Assembly (NCBI GenBank): GCA_019056785.1
Contig: DXJV01000087.1
Coordinates: 1 to 64,000 of the forward strand
Source: Candidatus Heimdallarchaeota archaeon
GTDB taxonomy: Archaea; Asgardarchaeota; Heimdallarchaeia; JABLTI01
Direction: 5' to 3'
DNA length: 64,000 nucleotides
Below, piece by piece: positions 7,495 to 18,142 of the stretch. A model generated the notes under the pieces. That model was given only the letters and a program-made list of their open reading frames with translations, made no database searches and had not been told where the DNA came from. The number at the start of each line of letters is the position of its first letter. The stretch's first letter is position 1. Made by a program: the position numbers and the translations under genes.

Positions 7495-8892
7495 TTAGCA
7501 TAAATAGGGCGGCTTTCCCACAACTAGTTGGCTTAAGAAGCGTATGAGCTCTTTATTTTCTTTTATCTGTTCAAGAAGGGCGTCTTTAAACAAAACCTTA
7601 CTTTCCTTTAGCTGTAGATGGGAGGGCGTTGTTATCATTTTCCTTTGAATGCCCTCTGTAATGAGCTCATCTAGTCGTTTTGCTTTTTGTTTGACGAATA
7701 CCTGCCAGCGTTTGCCGATGGGGGCGGGCCCATAGATTGTAGAGGGGTTATTTTGATATTTTCGAATAAACTCATCAGCATTATTCAACGCGACTGGCGG
7801 TCCAGTCTGCCACCGCTCTTCTGGCGTATGTGATTGTTGCGTAAGGATAAAGGTGAAAACCTCTTCTTGAGTAACCACAGTATCAATTGAGATTACTCTT
7901 AGCTCCTGTCTTTCCAAATATTTTGCAACACTTGCTTCCAATTTCCGTATCTGTCCCCAGAGCACATCATCAACAATTGCTGGCCTAGGATAGATGATAG
8001 CGGCGAATGCCAGAGGATGGGCGTACAATTTGTTGACTGTTTGCTCAGTGACTCGCTTTGTTGGAGGAAAGAAATATACTAACGATGGCCGTTTGAGGTA
8101 TCTACTTGCTGCAGCAATGAAATTTGTTAATGCTTGCTCTTTGACCGCAGAGGCAACATTTCTGCTACTATCGGTAGGGTCAATAACTACAAGGATATCT
8201 TCTTTGAAAGCCTCACGGGGGGTCACCACCTTAGGGTCAAAGGTAATTACTTCTTCTGCAAGAGTGTTGGCATGTTTGAGGACCTCGAGAAACCGGCCGG
8301 CAAAATGAATGATGAGCAGCTCTACCAGATAGCCGGAAAAGCCATTCACCTTGATATCCGCACCATAAACGCCTATTCCCTTCATGAACTGTTTCAGCAG
8401 CCGCACCTCATCATTTCCGCCGACGGGGAGGTGGGTTAAAACGAACTTTTTATGCAGCGGGCTCCTGTCTACAGGGCTACGCAAAGGTCGTCCTTGTTGA
8501 TATTCATAACAAGGAATGATTTCTACCTGCACATTGTGGTAATAAGTAAATAAATAGGGGTGCTGCGCATGCCGTTTTTCCCACTCGAGTGACAACTTTT
8601 GGCGGATGACCCGAAGCACCTCCTCAGGGTTAAAAGGGCTATCATAGGGAAGAATAAGAAATAAATCAATATCCCGCGTGCCGGCCAACCAGGTATCGCG
8701 AGAAAAGGAACCTGTCAATTCTATACGAGCGGTTATACCCGCCTTTTTAAGAATAATGCTGATTTTTCCTTTTAGATCGTCTACCAGCTTTTTGAGAGTC
8801 GCAACTTCTTTTTTTGACGGATGAATTCTTTTCAGTACTTCCATTTGAACTTGTTCGGCTAATTTTTCAGAGATCATTTTTTTCACCAACAA
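7495..8892 (-). CDS. cca: CCA-adding enzyme (archaeal class I)
   Basis: GSFSRDTWL..DIDLF, HAQHPY, VDRSPLH, GFSGYLVELL, DPTDSSRNVAS. Confidence 0.95.
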   Translation of the reverse strand: MLVKKMISEKLAEQVQMEVLKRIHPSKKEVATLKKLVDDLKGKISIILKKAGITARIELTGSFSRDTWLAGTRDIDLFLILPYDSPFNPEEVLRVIRQKLSLEWEKRHAQHPYLFTYYHNVQVEIIPCYEYQQGRPLRSPVDRSPLHKKFVLTHLPVGGNDEVRLLKQFMKGIGVYGADIKVNGFSGYLVELLIIHFAGRFLEVLKHANTLAEEVITFDPKVVTPREAFKEDILVVIDPTDSSRNVASAVKEQALTNFIAAASRYLKRPSLVYFFPPTKRVTEQTVNKLYAHPLAFAAIIYPRPAIVDDVLWGQIRKLEASVAKYLERQELRVISIDTVVTQEEVFTFILTQQSHTPEERWQTGPPVALNNADEFIRKYQNNPSTIYGPAPIGKRWQVFVKQKAKRLDELITEGIQRKMITTPSHLQLKESKVLFKDALLEQIKENKELIRFLSQLVVGKPPYLC

Positions 8893-8899
8893 TTAGTTC

Positions 8900-9484
8900 C
8901 TACAATGATTCTGCTGTGCGTTCGAAGAGCGTGGAATAGCGTGGCCCTTGTTGTGTAAGAACACTCTTTTTCAGTTTGAATTTTGTAATAGTTGTTGTTC
9001 CAAAGACATGATGTTCCATTGCACGTATTTTTTCCACAAGTAAAGCTTTATTATTTGTTCGTTTCAATCGCCCAATTGTTAGATGAGCTTTAAATGCTCG
9101 ACGCTCCTTTTTCACATTGAATGGTGCACATATCTGCTCGAGTTTTGTAGCCAGCGTTTTTAAAGGCTCGAATCCTTGTATGACGCCAATATAAATGGCA
9201 TTAATATAACTAAAGGATGGGAGACAGCCCACGCCTTGCAACTCGAGGGTAAATGGTTCAAAGGTTATCTTCTCTGCAGCTTTCTGAAGCTCGGGGACGA
9301 TACTTTCATCGATATCGCCAAGAAACTTGAGTGTGAGGTGAAGGTTGTTTGGTTCCACGAATTTTATGCGCGTTTCCGGTAAGGCCAGCTCTTTTTGCAC
9401 TTCGACAATCTTTCTTTTCAGCTCTTTATCGTCGATATCTATGGCAAAGAATGCACGAATACTACTACTCATACTTGCCATCAT
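8900..9484 (-). CDS. thpR: RNA 2',3'-cyclic phosphodiesterase / 2'-5' RNA ligase (2H family)
   Basis: RAFFAID, two HxT motifs (HLTLKFLG, HLTIGR), KSVLTQQGPRY. Confidence 0.93.
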   Translation of the reverse strand: MMASMSSSIRAFFAIDIDDKELKRKIVEVQKELALPETRIKFVEPNNLHLTLKFLGDIDESIVPELQKAAEKITFEPFTLELQGVGCLPSFSYINAIYIGVIQGFEPLKTLATKLEQICAPFNVKKERRAFKAHLTIGRLKRTNNKALLVEKIRAMEHHVFGTTTITKFKLKKSVLTQQGPRYSTLFERTAESL

Positions 9485-9607
9485 CTCAAGGGATGCTTTG
9501 TTATTTGGATTTGATTCATTAATATTTAATTAACTTTTAGTGAAAAACTAATTTCATAGAACAGTTTTTATTCTGGAACTGTAGAAAAGAGCTCAAAGAG
9601 AAATAGA

Positions 9608-10048
9608 GTGAGAATTATGCCTTTTAAGATTCGCGCCATCACCAGGCATTATCCTACAGAAGATCCGAAAAAAATCCGAAAAGCCTTGACAGCCCTCCTT
9701 GAAGGCGAAGTCGAACAAGAAAGCCACGGAGAAGACCACTTTTTGTACGTTGAACGAACGGACTATAAAGCTCTTGATAAATTACATGAAATGATTCGCA
9801 AGCAAAAAATCCTTGATGTCGCACGAAAAGCACTGCGAAATGGTAGAGTAGAGAATTCCACTGTCTTCTTTCTTAACAAGCAAGCAGCATTCACAGGGAA
9901 GATCAATTTCTGCGATGAATTTGGGGAGTCCCCCTTAGGGCCAATCCGAATTGAAATTGAAGATGACAACTTGAGTGAACTCATCGATTGGCTGACTCCT
10001 TACACGAAAAATGGTGTCGAAGTGAAACTTGTTTCTCGTTTTCCCTAA
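9608..10048 (+). CDS. UPF0201/DUF54 RNA-binding protein
   Basis: PTEDPKKI, QKILDVAR, LNKQAAF, SPLGPI, WLTP motifs. Confidence 0.85.
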   Translation: MRIMPFKIRAITRHYPTEDPKKIRKALTALLEGEVEQESHGEDHFLYVERTDYKALDKLHEMIRKQKILDVARKALRNGRVENSTVFFLNKQAAFTGKINFCDEFGESPLGPIRIEIEDDNLSELIDWLTPYTKNGVEVKLVSRFP

Positions 10049-10063
10049 AAGGGTGTTTTACTT

Positions 10064-11014
10064 TTACATCTGCTCCCGGTCCAATTCTTTACGGTCCAAT
10101 AAAATTTCCAAGCCATCGTAAGCAACGAGTGCTTCAGGGAATTCTTCGCGAGCTTGTGCAGTTAAAAGGCTATCATCTTTATGTCGGGGAGAAATATGTG
10201 TTAAAATAAGACGCTTCGCCTCTGCTTTGGCGGCTATTTTTGCTGACCATCTTGCTGTCGAGTGCAGCTTTTCTCTCGCCAAGTCAGTCTTTTCATCGCT
10301 AAAGGTTGCTTCCATAATGAGTACATCTGCTCCTGCGGCAAAGGTTGCAAACGCTTCTGGGTCATACAAACCATCCGAGCCTATGACTATTTTGAATCCT
10401 CGCCGTTTCTTCCCTAAAACCATATCTGGAGAGATAACTTTGTTGTCACTTGAGAGCACGGCTTTCCCTTGTTGAAGCTCACGCCATTTTGGTCCTCGCG
10501 GGACCTTATAAGCCAGGGCTTTTTCTTTATTGAATCGCCCCAAACGGTCTTTTTCTATATAGGCATACGCCAGTGTATAGACGGAGTGAAGAACGCTTTT
10601 GGCAAAAATCCGGTAGTCAACTCCCTCACAAACAAACCCTTCTTCTGTTATCTCGAATAAATCAATGGGAAAATTGAACCCCAGATTTTCGTCAGCGCTG
10701 AAAATACCAGTAAAGAGTTGTTTAATACCAAAGGGGCCATAAATGGCTAGTGGAGCTGTTCGCCCTTGCTGTTTCATTGTATGCAGTAAACCGAAAATCC
10801 CAAAATAATGGTCACCATGAAAATGACTAAAGAAGATCTTGGTTATTTTCTGCATTTTGATATTAAATTTCATCATTTGGTATTGTGCTCCTTCCCCACA
10901 ATCAAAGAGGAAAATCTCTCCATTCTCTCGCTGAAGGGCAAGACTCGAGAGAAACCGCTCTTTTTGTGGCACCGCTGCAGAGGTTCCTAAAAAGACAAGT
11001 CGTAGACGGCTCAT
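10064..11014 (-). CDS. rnz: Ribonuclease Z
   Basis: FLGTSAAVP, DCGEG, SHFHGDH, exosite GP motif, EATF, HST, LTHISPR. Confidence 0.95.
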   Translation of the reverse strand: MSRLRLVFLGTSAAVPQKERFLSSLALQRENGEIFLFDCGEGAQYQMMKFNIKMQKITKIFFSHFHGDHYFGIFGLLHTMKQQGRTAPLAIYGPFGIKQLFTGIFSADENLGFNFPIDLFEITEEGFVCEGVDYRIFAKSVLHSVYTLAYAYIEKDRLGRFNKEKALAYKVPRGPKWRELQQGKAVLSSDNKVISPDMVLGKKRRGFKIVIGSDGLYDPEAFATFAAGADVLIMEATFSDEKTDLAREKLHSTARWSAKIAAKAEAKRLILTHISPRHKDDSLLTAQAREEFPEALVAYDGLEILLDRKELDREQM

Positions 11015-12147
11015 TGTTTTCTGAAGACTCCTATAGTTCTAGTTAGAGACCTATGAATGTAAATTTTTTCTGACACTTCTTGATAAAAACCATGAGCTTC
11101 TGCCGGTTGTTGGATAGGAATTTCAGAAAGGATGCTGATGGAAACAGTTCCGTTGCGCTTCACCAGTGTCGCCGCCTGAGCAAAAAAATCCTCGAGTAAG
11201 GGGACGATCTTTTGACCAAAAGTTGAGGTTGAACGCCCATAGGGAGGGTCAGTGACTATCGCATGGAGCCGTTGGTTATGCAAAGGAATTTTCCGTGCAT
11301 CTCCCACTAGTAAACTATAATCACTTGTTGGAGCGAAATGCTGGAGATTTTTTGCAGCACCGGCGACCATTTTTGGGTCAATGTCCATACCAATCATTCT
11401 TAACCCCATCATTGCCCCTTCAATCAATATCCCTCCAGGTCCACAGAAGGGGTCGAGAACATACCCCGTGCTACTCGCTTGAGTGAGATTAACCATTAGT
11501 CTTGCAAACCGTGGCTCGAGTGTCCCTGGTTTAAAGAATGGTCGCAAATCCGGACGCCGAGCAGCAAAGACACCTTTTACTTGTGCGAATTCTTCAACAC
11601 CAAATAAATAGCGCTCCTTTGTAAAAAGTAAGACAAAAGTTACTGCAGGTTCTTTCACATCCACATGTATTTTTCCTTTCAGCGCTGTAAAAATGCTTTT
11701 TCCAATTGCTGCTTCGAGAGGAGGTGAGAGCAAATGCTTTGAAGCATTCACAATTCGATACACACGTACAAGGAATGATGGTTGCTTATGCACAACCCGA
11801 AGGAAATCTATTGAGCTTGTGAGTTCCTTCACAATGGCATCATAGCTCTTATCCTTAGCTGTTCCCCTAAATAGTAATCGCATAACGCGTCGACAATAGG
11901 CTGCACGTTCTGCCACTCTTTTCGCGACAGCTGGTGTACACTTGACAATTATGCAGCTTGGTAACTCCTCTTCAATGTGGAATGGTTCTTGCTCACTTTT
12001 CAAAATTGATTTGATCTCTATAGCCGGAAGGGTTGGATGATTTGCTGCCAAATGGAAAAAATGGTAGAAAAGCTCCTTAGTTTTTTTGCTTTCTTTTTCT
12101 TCTGCTTCTGGGGTAATATGTTCTGCAACGCCCATTCGTATGTGCAA
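11011..12147 (-). CDS. trmG10: tRNA (guanine-10-N2)-methyltransferase, THUMP + SAM domains
   Basis: RPFFKPG, LDPFCGPGGILIE, TDPPYGRS, IHRSLTR. Confidence 0.88.
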   Translation of the reverse strand: MHIRMGVAEHITPEAEEKESKKTKELFYHFFHLAANHPTLPAIEIKSILKSEQEPFHIEEELPSCIIVKCTPAVAKRVAERAAYCRRVMRLLFRGTAKDKSYDAIVKELTSSIDFLRVVHKQPSFLVRVYRIVNASKHLLSPPLEAAIGKSIFTALKGKIHVDVKEPAVTFVLLFTKERYLFGVEEFAQVKGVFAARRPDLRPFFKPGTLEPRFARLMVNLTQASSTGYVLDPFCGPGGILIEGAMMGLRMIGMDIDPKMVAGAAKNLQHFAPTSDYSLLVGDARKIPLHNQRLHAIVTDPPYGRSTSTFGQKIVPLLEDFFAQAATLVKRNGTVSISILSEIPIQQPAEAHGFYQEVSEKIYIHRSLTRTIGVFRKQ

Positions 12148-12155
12148 CCTTGTCG

Positions 12156-13043
12156 CTAGTCGTCTTTCTTAAGGTGTTCGTAAATTATTGGCGCAAGTGG
12201 AATGATAGAATAAGCTGAAGGGAGGGAATCGGTTCCTACTAAGGCTTCTGCCCCTGCAGCCAGGATGCGTTTATCCGCTTCACCCACGAGCATCATGTGG
12301 GTGCTTGCAACAAATACCCGCCCTACCTCTTGTTCCTGCAATAAAGCAACTGCTTTTGCAATTGTTCCTCCCGTTCGGATCACTTCATCTGCAATAATCA
12401 CATCTCGACCTTTAACAGCAATTTCATGTGAGTAAAGAGTTGTTTCACCTGTTTTGGGGTCGCGCTTTTTTTCAAAATAGTCCGTTTCAGTTTGTAATAT
12501 TTCGCCAATTATTGCGGCACGTTTTTTCGCTCCAAAATCAGGCGCTAAAACAAGGGGATTATTAAGGGGTAATTTTTTGAAATACTCACCAAAAGCACGC
12601 ATTGCTGTGATATTCTGATAAAAGGTTTCTCGTCCCTTTAGTACTTCTGGATTGTGTATATCAACCACCATTAGTCGTTTTGCAGGTGTCGCCTCGATCA
12701 TCTTGAAAACATTGAAAATACTGACAACCTCACCTGGAAGGATCCGCCGGTCCTTTGCAGAATAAGCCAGATAGGGTGTCACTAGAGTTATGTCTCGCGC
12801 ACCAAATTCGAAGGCAGTATATGTAATTTGCAACAGACTGATAAGGTTTGAATCTTGTGGTCGCGCGAGAGACTGAACGATAATAGTTTCTTCCTCACAA
12901 TGCTCTTTTGAAAAAATCAAGTCTCTTTCGCCATCAGGGAAAAATTTAGCAGTAACCGCAATATGTTCAGCTTTCAATAAATTTGCTAATTGTTCACCTA
13001 TAACCGGTTGCCCCGGACCAGAAATTACTGTTGTCATATCCAT
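12156..13043 (-). CDS. prs: Ribose-phosphate pyrophosphokinase
   Basis: FPDGE, PYLAYS..DR..GE, VDIH, APDFGA, DEVIRTGGT. Confidence 0.92.
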   Translation of the reverse strand: MDMTTVISGPGQPVIGEQLANLLKAEHIAVTAKFFPDGERDLIFSKEHCEEETIIVQSLARPQDSNLISLLQITYTAFEFGARDITLVTPYLAYSAKDRRILPGEVVSIFNVFKMIEATPAKRLMVVDIHNPEVLKGRETFYQNITAMRAFGEYFKKLPLNNPLVLAPDFGAKKRAAIIGEILQTETDYFEKKRDPKTGETTLYSHEIAVKGRDVIIADEVIRTGGTIAKAVALLQEQEVGRVFVASTHMMLVGEADKRILAAGAEALVGTDSLPSAYSIIPLAPIIYEHLKKDD

Positions 13044-13160
13044 TTACCAGCAATCTTCAGTTATACTCACATTAACTAACATTATAATTGTTTTAAAAAT
13101 CATCGCAAAAAGTTGATTCCTTCAAATGACCAATCGAAGGCGGCTTTTTCTTTTTTTTTC

Positions 13161-13442
13161 CTATTCTTGTTTTGCGGGACGATAAAGGATGATAGTCTTA
13201 CCTCGTTTTTCGACTAATTGTGATTGCGTTTTTTTAGTGATGGTCTGAATATCCACTTGTAGGTTTTCGCTTTCGAAATTTTGGAGGAATTTCACTTTAA
13301 TGAGTGTATGACTTGCCAGTTGGTGATCGATCGCCGTAAAAATTGCCTCTGTCAAGCCATGCTTCCCAACATTCACTTTTGCAGGCTGGTTCCAAATTGG
13401 TAGCAATTGTTCTTTAAGTGCTCGCTTCAAGTTCTTTGTCAT
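13161..13442 (-). CDS. yhbY: YhbY/CRM-domain RNA-binding protein
   Basis: VGKHGLT, LIKVKFL, RGKTIILYR. Confidence 0.9.
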   Translation of the reverse strand: MTKNLKRALKEQLLPIWNQPAKVNVGKHGLTEAIFTAIDHQLASHTLIKVKFLQNFESENLQVDIQTITKKTQSQLVEKRGKTIILYRPAKQE

Positions 13443-13620
13443 CGCCTATTTCATCCTTTGTGCTCAATTATTTCAGGATGGTTTTTCTTGACTGTTGTAA
13501 ATAAACTTGTTTCCAATTATGATATTACTCTTATAGAGAAGGGTGGTGCCCTAGAAGATGAAAAAAGCGGCCTTCACTTTTCCCATCTCTTTTTACGGGG
13601 ACTTTGAGAGCACCACCCAC

Positions 13621-14400
13621 TTAAGATGGCCTGTTGTTTTTTCTGTTTGGATCAAGGGTCTTTGACTGAGGAGTGGGTTCCAGCCGTTGTACGGCTTGGG
13701 CGGTATAGGCAGTAACTTTGATGTAAAAACCGATAAGCATCAATAATGGGCCGGTAACCCAAGTGACAATTGCTAAGGAAGGGAAGAGATAGGGTGAGAA
13801 TGTGACAAAGGAGTCTATTAAAAACAATAATAATCCTAGAATAATCGTTGAAAAGCCGATTATGAAAAAGCCTATGCGTTTTTTTGCCTGGGGATTTTCT
13901 AATTTGAAGTAAGTTATGGTTAACAAGATCGCTCCGAAAATAACCAATGCAGCTGGAATTAACTGGACAAATGACTTTCCCAAAAGATTATCTGTGGTTT
14001 TATATCCTCCAACGCCATCCGGCACAACCCAGTCATTTAAAACGCCAAAAGAAATCATCACAATGGCTAATATTGTTGCACCAAGATAAAGCAACCAATG
14101 AATTGCTTCTGCACCAAAGTAAATACCAATGGATGCGATAAAGAGGAACAACGCACTTAAAATCCCGGCTGCAACACAAATGTTTCGGAGGATATTTGCT
14201 GCCGCAAGTGAACTATAGGCAATGGTAAAAGTAAGGCCGTTAAACAAAAGAGAAATCGACCAGCAAATAAAACCTGAAGCGAATAGTTGATTTAATCGTT
14301 TCCGGGGATTTTTTAGGAGAAACGACAAACTGAGAACTATTGATATTATTCCTGCACTAATCCATGCCACCGAGGTAAAGAAATTGAAGGTCGTCATCAT
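13621..14400 (-). CDS. Seven-TM membrane protein without cytoplasmic output domain
   Basis: About 7 hydrophobic segments and a 'KNPRKRLNQLF' loop resembling 7TM sensor N-termini; likely start near 14400. Confidence 0.65.
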   Translation of the reverse strand: MMTTFNFFTSVAWISAGIISIVLSLSFLLKNPRKRLNQLFASGFICWSISLLFNGLTFTIAYSSLAAANILRNICVAAGILSALFLFIASIGIYFGAEAIHWLLYLGATILAIVMISFGVLNDWVVPDGVGGYKTTDNLLGKSFVQLIPAALVIFGAILLTITYFKLENPQAKKRIGFFIIGFSTIILGLLLFLIDSFVTFSPYLFPSLAIVTWVTGPLLMLIGFYIKVTAYTAQAVQRLEPTPQSKTLDPNRKNNRPS

Positions 14401-14672
14401 TTTTACTGAATCCACTCGCATAAGATAATTCAGAGTGGAGTATTTAAAAGGCCCCGATCGAAATAATTGCAGAAAAAAAGACAAAAAAAGACCTTTTTTC
14501 TAAAAAACAGCTGTTTTGCCGTAAGCAATCAAACGTGACCTTTTGTGTGCGATTTTGTCTTATTTTCGGGGTTTAAAAAAAGAGACTAGAATAGTATTTC
14601 GGTGCCAACTTTGAGAAAAACACTCAAAGTTCCTTGTAAGATCGCCAGATAGAAGCGATTGGTGAGAAAAAT

Positions 14673-14930
14673 ATGTATAAAGAAACTATTCATTTACTCG
14701 ACAAACAGTCCGATAAAAAGCAAATTGTAGATGAGCACAAGGATGATACGCCTTTGCAAAAGAAACAGTCCGGTTTGGTTTTCCTGGAAATTCTCTGCCC
14801 TCAGACGAAACAACGATTAAATTCACGCAATTGCCACAAATGCAAGCATAAAAAAATTCTCTATAGACAACACCCGCGAGGGCAAATTTTGGAAACGATT
14901 ATCTGCAACTTTCATGATGAAACAGACTAA
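14673..14930 (+). CDS. Small hypothetical protein, possible Zn-binding
   Basis: CP..CHKC..C; SD-like GGTGA upstream. Confidence 0.6.
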   Translation: MYKETIHLLDKQSDKKQIVDEHKDDTPLQKKQSGLVFLEILCPQTKQRLNSRNCHKCKHKKILYRQHPRGQILETIICNFHDETD

Positions 14931-15019
14931 GTATTCATCAAGCCAGCACATTAACTGCTGTGTTTTTAAACGATAATTGAGACTATTTTCCAAATATCCT
15001 TTGAAGGGTCAGGGCAAAC

Positions 15020-16471
15020 ATGAAACTTAGAATAAGTGAGAGCAAATTACGAAAAGCGGTTATTGGAACGACTGTTTTTAATGGCCTCCTCTTAGTCACC
15101 TATATTTTTCACCTCATTACCCTTATGGTGAATGAGACCTATACTTTGTTTATTCTATCGTTACCCTCTTATCTTCTCAGCCGCAGCTGGCTTCTCTTGA
15201 TTGGGTTATTTGGCCTAGAAAGTCTGTTGTTGGTCTATTATTGGTTCAAGAGCAAAAATGCCCCTTCCACCCGAGAAACTCAAGCCGAAGCAACCCTTCC
15301 TGAAACTTTTGACATAGACAAACTCTTAGAGGAAGACAACGAGCAATTGGATTTGGTTGAAAATGAAGCACTAACCTCGAGAGAAACCATAACTGATTCC
15401 AATAATCCTGAACCAGATTATAGACCAATCGAACAAGAGCCATTACAAGACGAACCCTCTCAGGAGCCTTTAGAAGTTTATCAAAGCGCTCTAGATGAGA
15501 TGGATACAGATGATCCGACAATCGAACTTGAGTTTGACAAATTGTGGGAAGAAGCAATTAAACATGTTCGAAGTGCTGCGATTAAAAAAAAAGCTGGTCT
15601 GATGCAAACGTCTGAAAAACCAAAGCCTATTGAAGCAAAACCAGTACGACCTCTCGTTGCACGCTCTATGAAAGAATTTACCGGGAAAAAAACAATTGCT
15701 AAGGACCCCTCTCTTGAAAATCCCTTATCACGGGCGCTTATTCGCAAGTCTAAATTGAAGCCAAAACAATTAGTGTTCAATCCTTCTCTCATCCGGGATG
15801 AACATCGCGAATTTTATAATGAAATTGCTTTAAACAATTGGATTTATCGTGACAGCCACGACCGCAAGCGTGTTGGCATTTTTAAAACAGCTTTGGATGA
15901 GACACGTTTTCAAGAGGTTGATATTTCCTATCTCTTTGAAGCAGGCGTTCTTCATAAGCTCTTGATTCCCTTCCCTTCAGGCTCATTTATAGTCTATAGC
16001 ATCAATACTGATGAGGACAAGAAAATCGTTAGGAATATTTTAGCGAAGTTATGTAAACAGCACAATGTTATTTTGGGACGAAAAAACGTTGCTTTTGTTA
16101 ACTACGCTGATTTAGGGGTTGAACGCAAGGATTGGCGATTTGATTTTACCATCGACCAGCGATTTTTAGGCATGATTTGGATTAGCAACTTTCTCGTTGA
16201 AGATGATTTTACCGCCACCTACTCTCTTTCTTTTCAACATAAGAAGGAATTAAAAGCTCTTTTCGCCGCCACACAAGTATTGGCTAACAGCCATCAGTTC
16301 CAACCAATGATCATCACCGATTATTCCTGTAATAAACAGATCATTCAAAACCACATAGAACAGCAAGGATTTGGCCAGGCAATTATTCTCCCCTTTGGTG
16401 AGAAGCCATTTCTGAAACAATTTTTGGGATTACTCAAAGGAAAAAGATCTGTTCTTTCCTCAGAAGGTTAG
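15020..16471 (+). CDS. Membrane-anchored hypothetical protein
   Basis: Two N-terminal TM segments, acidic then basic linker, globular C-terminal alpha/beta domain. Confidence 0.7.
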   Translation: MKLRISESKLRKAVIGTTVFNGLLLVTYIFHLITLMVNETYTLFILSLPSYLLSRSWLLLIGLFGLESLLLVYYWFKSKNAPSTRETQAEATLPETFDIDKLLEEDNEQLDLVENEALTSRETITDSNNPEPDYRPIEQEPLQDEPSQEPLEVYQSALDEMDTDDPTIELEFDKLWEEAIKHVRSAAIKKKAGLMQTSEKPKPIEAKPVRPLVARSMKEFTGKKTIAKDPSLENPLSRALIRKSKLKPKQLVFNPSLIRDEHREFYNEIALNNWIYRDSHDRKRVGIFKTALDETRFQEVDISYLFEAGVLHKLLIPFPSGSFIVYSINTDEDKKIVRNILAKLCKQHNVILGRKNVAFVNYADLGVERKDWRFDFTIDQRFLGMIWISNFLVEDDFTATYSLSFQHKKELKALFAATQVLANSHQFQPMIITDYSCNKQIIQNHIEQQGFGQAIILPFGEKPFLKQFLGLLKGKRSVLSSEG

Positions 16472-16520
16472 AAAGAGGGGGAAGAAAAGGAGTGAGGGAA
16501 GAAAAGAGAGGATGGTGAGA

Positions 16521-16784
16521 TCACTCTGAATCTCGGATATTTTCTAAGATGGAAATTATTTTCCAAATTAATGTACGAGCATGAACAGGACAATTTGGGT
16601 CCAGGCTAGTTTCCTCTAAAATGCTTGTAGCAATATTTGCTCGGATTGCCGGCGACGGTTCTTGATCAACATTACTGAGTGTTGCCAGAGCATCACTTGC
16701 GCTTCGACGGATATTACGAGGAACACTAGTATCTTCACTAATATCTTTTAAAATTCTAAGAGCCATTTCTTCATCTTCAGACAT
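16521..16784 (-). CDS. UPF0147 family protein
   Basis: DTSVPRNIRRSA, DPNCPVHARTLIW..IS.LE; start MSEDEE at 16784. Confidence 0.9.
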   Translation of the reverse strand: MSEDEEMALRILKDISEDTSVPRNIRRSASDALATLSNVDQEPSPAIRANIATSILEETSLDPNCPVHARTLIWKIISILENIRDSE

Positions 16785-16916
16785 ATTTCCATCACCTTTA
16801 GTTCCATGAAAAACGAAATTTAAAACGTTCAATGAAAGGCAAACAATCAAGGTTATATGAATATTACTATAGCTAAAAAAAAGCCTCTGATAAGGGCAAA
16901 GAAGTTTTTTTACCAT

Positions 16917-17504
16917 TTATTCTGCAAGCCATTTTTCCAGCCGGTAAAAAAGATAAGTGGTGCAACTAGAAGCCAGATAGGCTTTGTGCCCTAAACTCAC
17001 TTTCCTCCCGCCCAAAGAAGTGATGATTGCTTCATATTCGACGGAAATATCTTGTCGTCCTCCTAAAACAAAGCAAAGCTTCGCTTCTTTCTGGAAAACA
17101 GACTTATAATGTGATAATGGTTGCCCATTTTCAGTCAGCTGAAACATTTGATAGCCTTGCGCTCGGATAGCCCTGAGATATCCACCCACATTGTCAACTG
17201 GTTGCCAATGAAAGCTTGCTCCTTCAGGGAGAGGTTCATTATTTAGAGCCTTTTTTATTAAGGCTGCAACTTCAAGTTCGTCACAAGGGATGCTTGGTTT
17301 TAGAGGGAGACTGTGCACCTCTAAGAGCCAGGGAGATTCTTTCGTGAAAAGCACTTGAAGTTGTGGTGCCATGGTTTCAACAAAAGACGGGAAAAGGGAA
17401 AGGATCAACCGAGCCACAACATCTACCTTGGACTCTCCCGGGAGGTTTTTAAGAGAGAAGTCCCTCGAAGGTGGTTTTTCCTCGAGTAACAAGAGTATTA
17501 GCAC
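16917..17504 (-). CDS. trmY: SPOUT methyltransferase, TrmY-like (tRNA pseudouridine-54 N1-methyltransferase)
   Basis: FSLKNLPG..KVDVVAR, FVLGG, VSLG..YLASSC. Confidence 0.7.
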   Translation of the reverse strand: MLILLLLEEKPPSRDFSLKNLPGESKVDVVARLILSLFPSFVETMAPQLQVLFTKESPWLLEVHSLPLKPSIPCDELEVAALIKKALNNEPLPEGASFHWQPVDNVGGYLRAIRAQGYQMFQLTENGQPLSHYKSVFQKEAKLCFVLGGRQDISVEYEAIITSLGGRKVSLGHKAYLASSCTTYLFYRLEKWLAE

Positions 17505-17658
17505 TTCTTTTTGAGACAGGTTGCTAATTATTCATACCCCTCTGTGCGACGTTGTATTTCTTATGGCAAAGGCCAAATTGAGTGTTCCAATTTTGCAAAA
17601 AAAGTCCACTTGGAAAAGAAAGGAAAGGGTAGGAAAAATTTTTTTCTCAACCACTAAA

Positions 17659-17940
17659 TCAATATGACCGATTTTTTCGTTCATCTTTTGAACGAATCTT
17701 CACTCGTCCTCGATGAACGGCGCAGGAGACACAGTAGTATTTTGTCACCCGTTCTCGAGGGATGAAGGTGCCTTCCTTTCGCAATTCGCGAGCGAGGGTT
17801 GGATCAATTAAGGTAACATATTTTGTTTCTTTCTTTACTTTATCAGCTGGAACTAAACGACCACAGGAAGAGCATTGGACGAGTCCACCCTTTCCCTTAC
17901 TGCCTTTTGATCTTCCGCCGGATTTTCGTTTCTTTGGCAT
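17659..17940 (-). CDS. rps26e: Ribosomal protein eS26
   Basis: MPKKRKSGGR, CSSCGRLVPADK, YCVSCAVH. Confidence 0.96.
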   Translation of the reverse strand: MPKKRKSGGRSKGSKGKGGLVQCSSCGRLVPADKVKKETKYVTLIDPTLARELRKEGTFIPRERVTKYYCVSCAVHRGRVKIRSKDERKNRSY

Positions 17941-18142
17941 TCTTTCACAACCATCTTCAGTTTGCATTCAAATATATTATGTGTTTTTCGACAGAACCAC
18001 ATTTTAAAGATTTGCTTTCCCTTGAAAAGAGCAACCAGGATGCCAAAAAAGATTAACTACTCATTTGACAACCAAAGGAAAAACTTTTTTCACTGGAAAA
18101 GAAATTTAAGGAGATAGAAATATGTTTACAGACTAGGAATGG

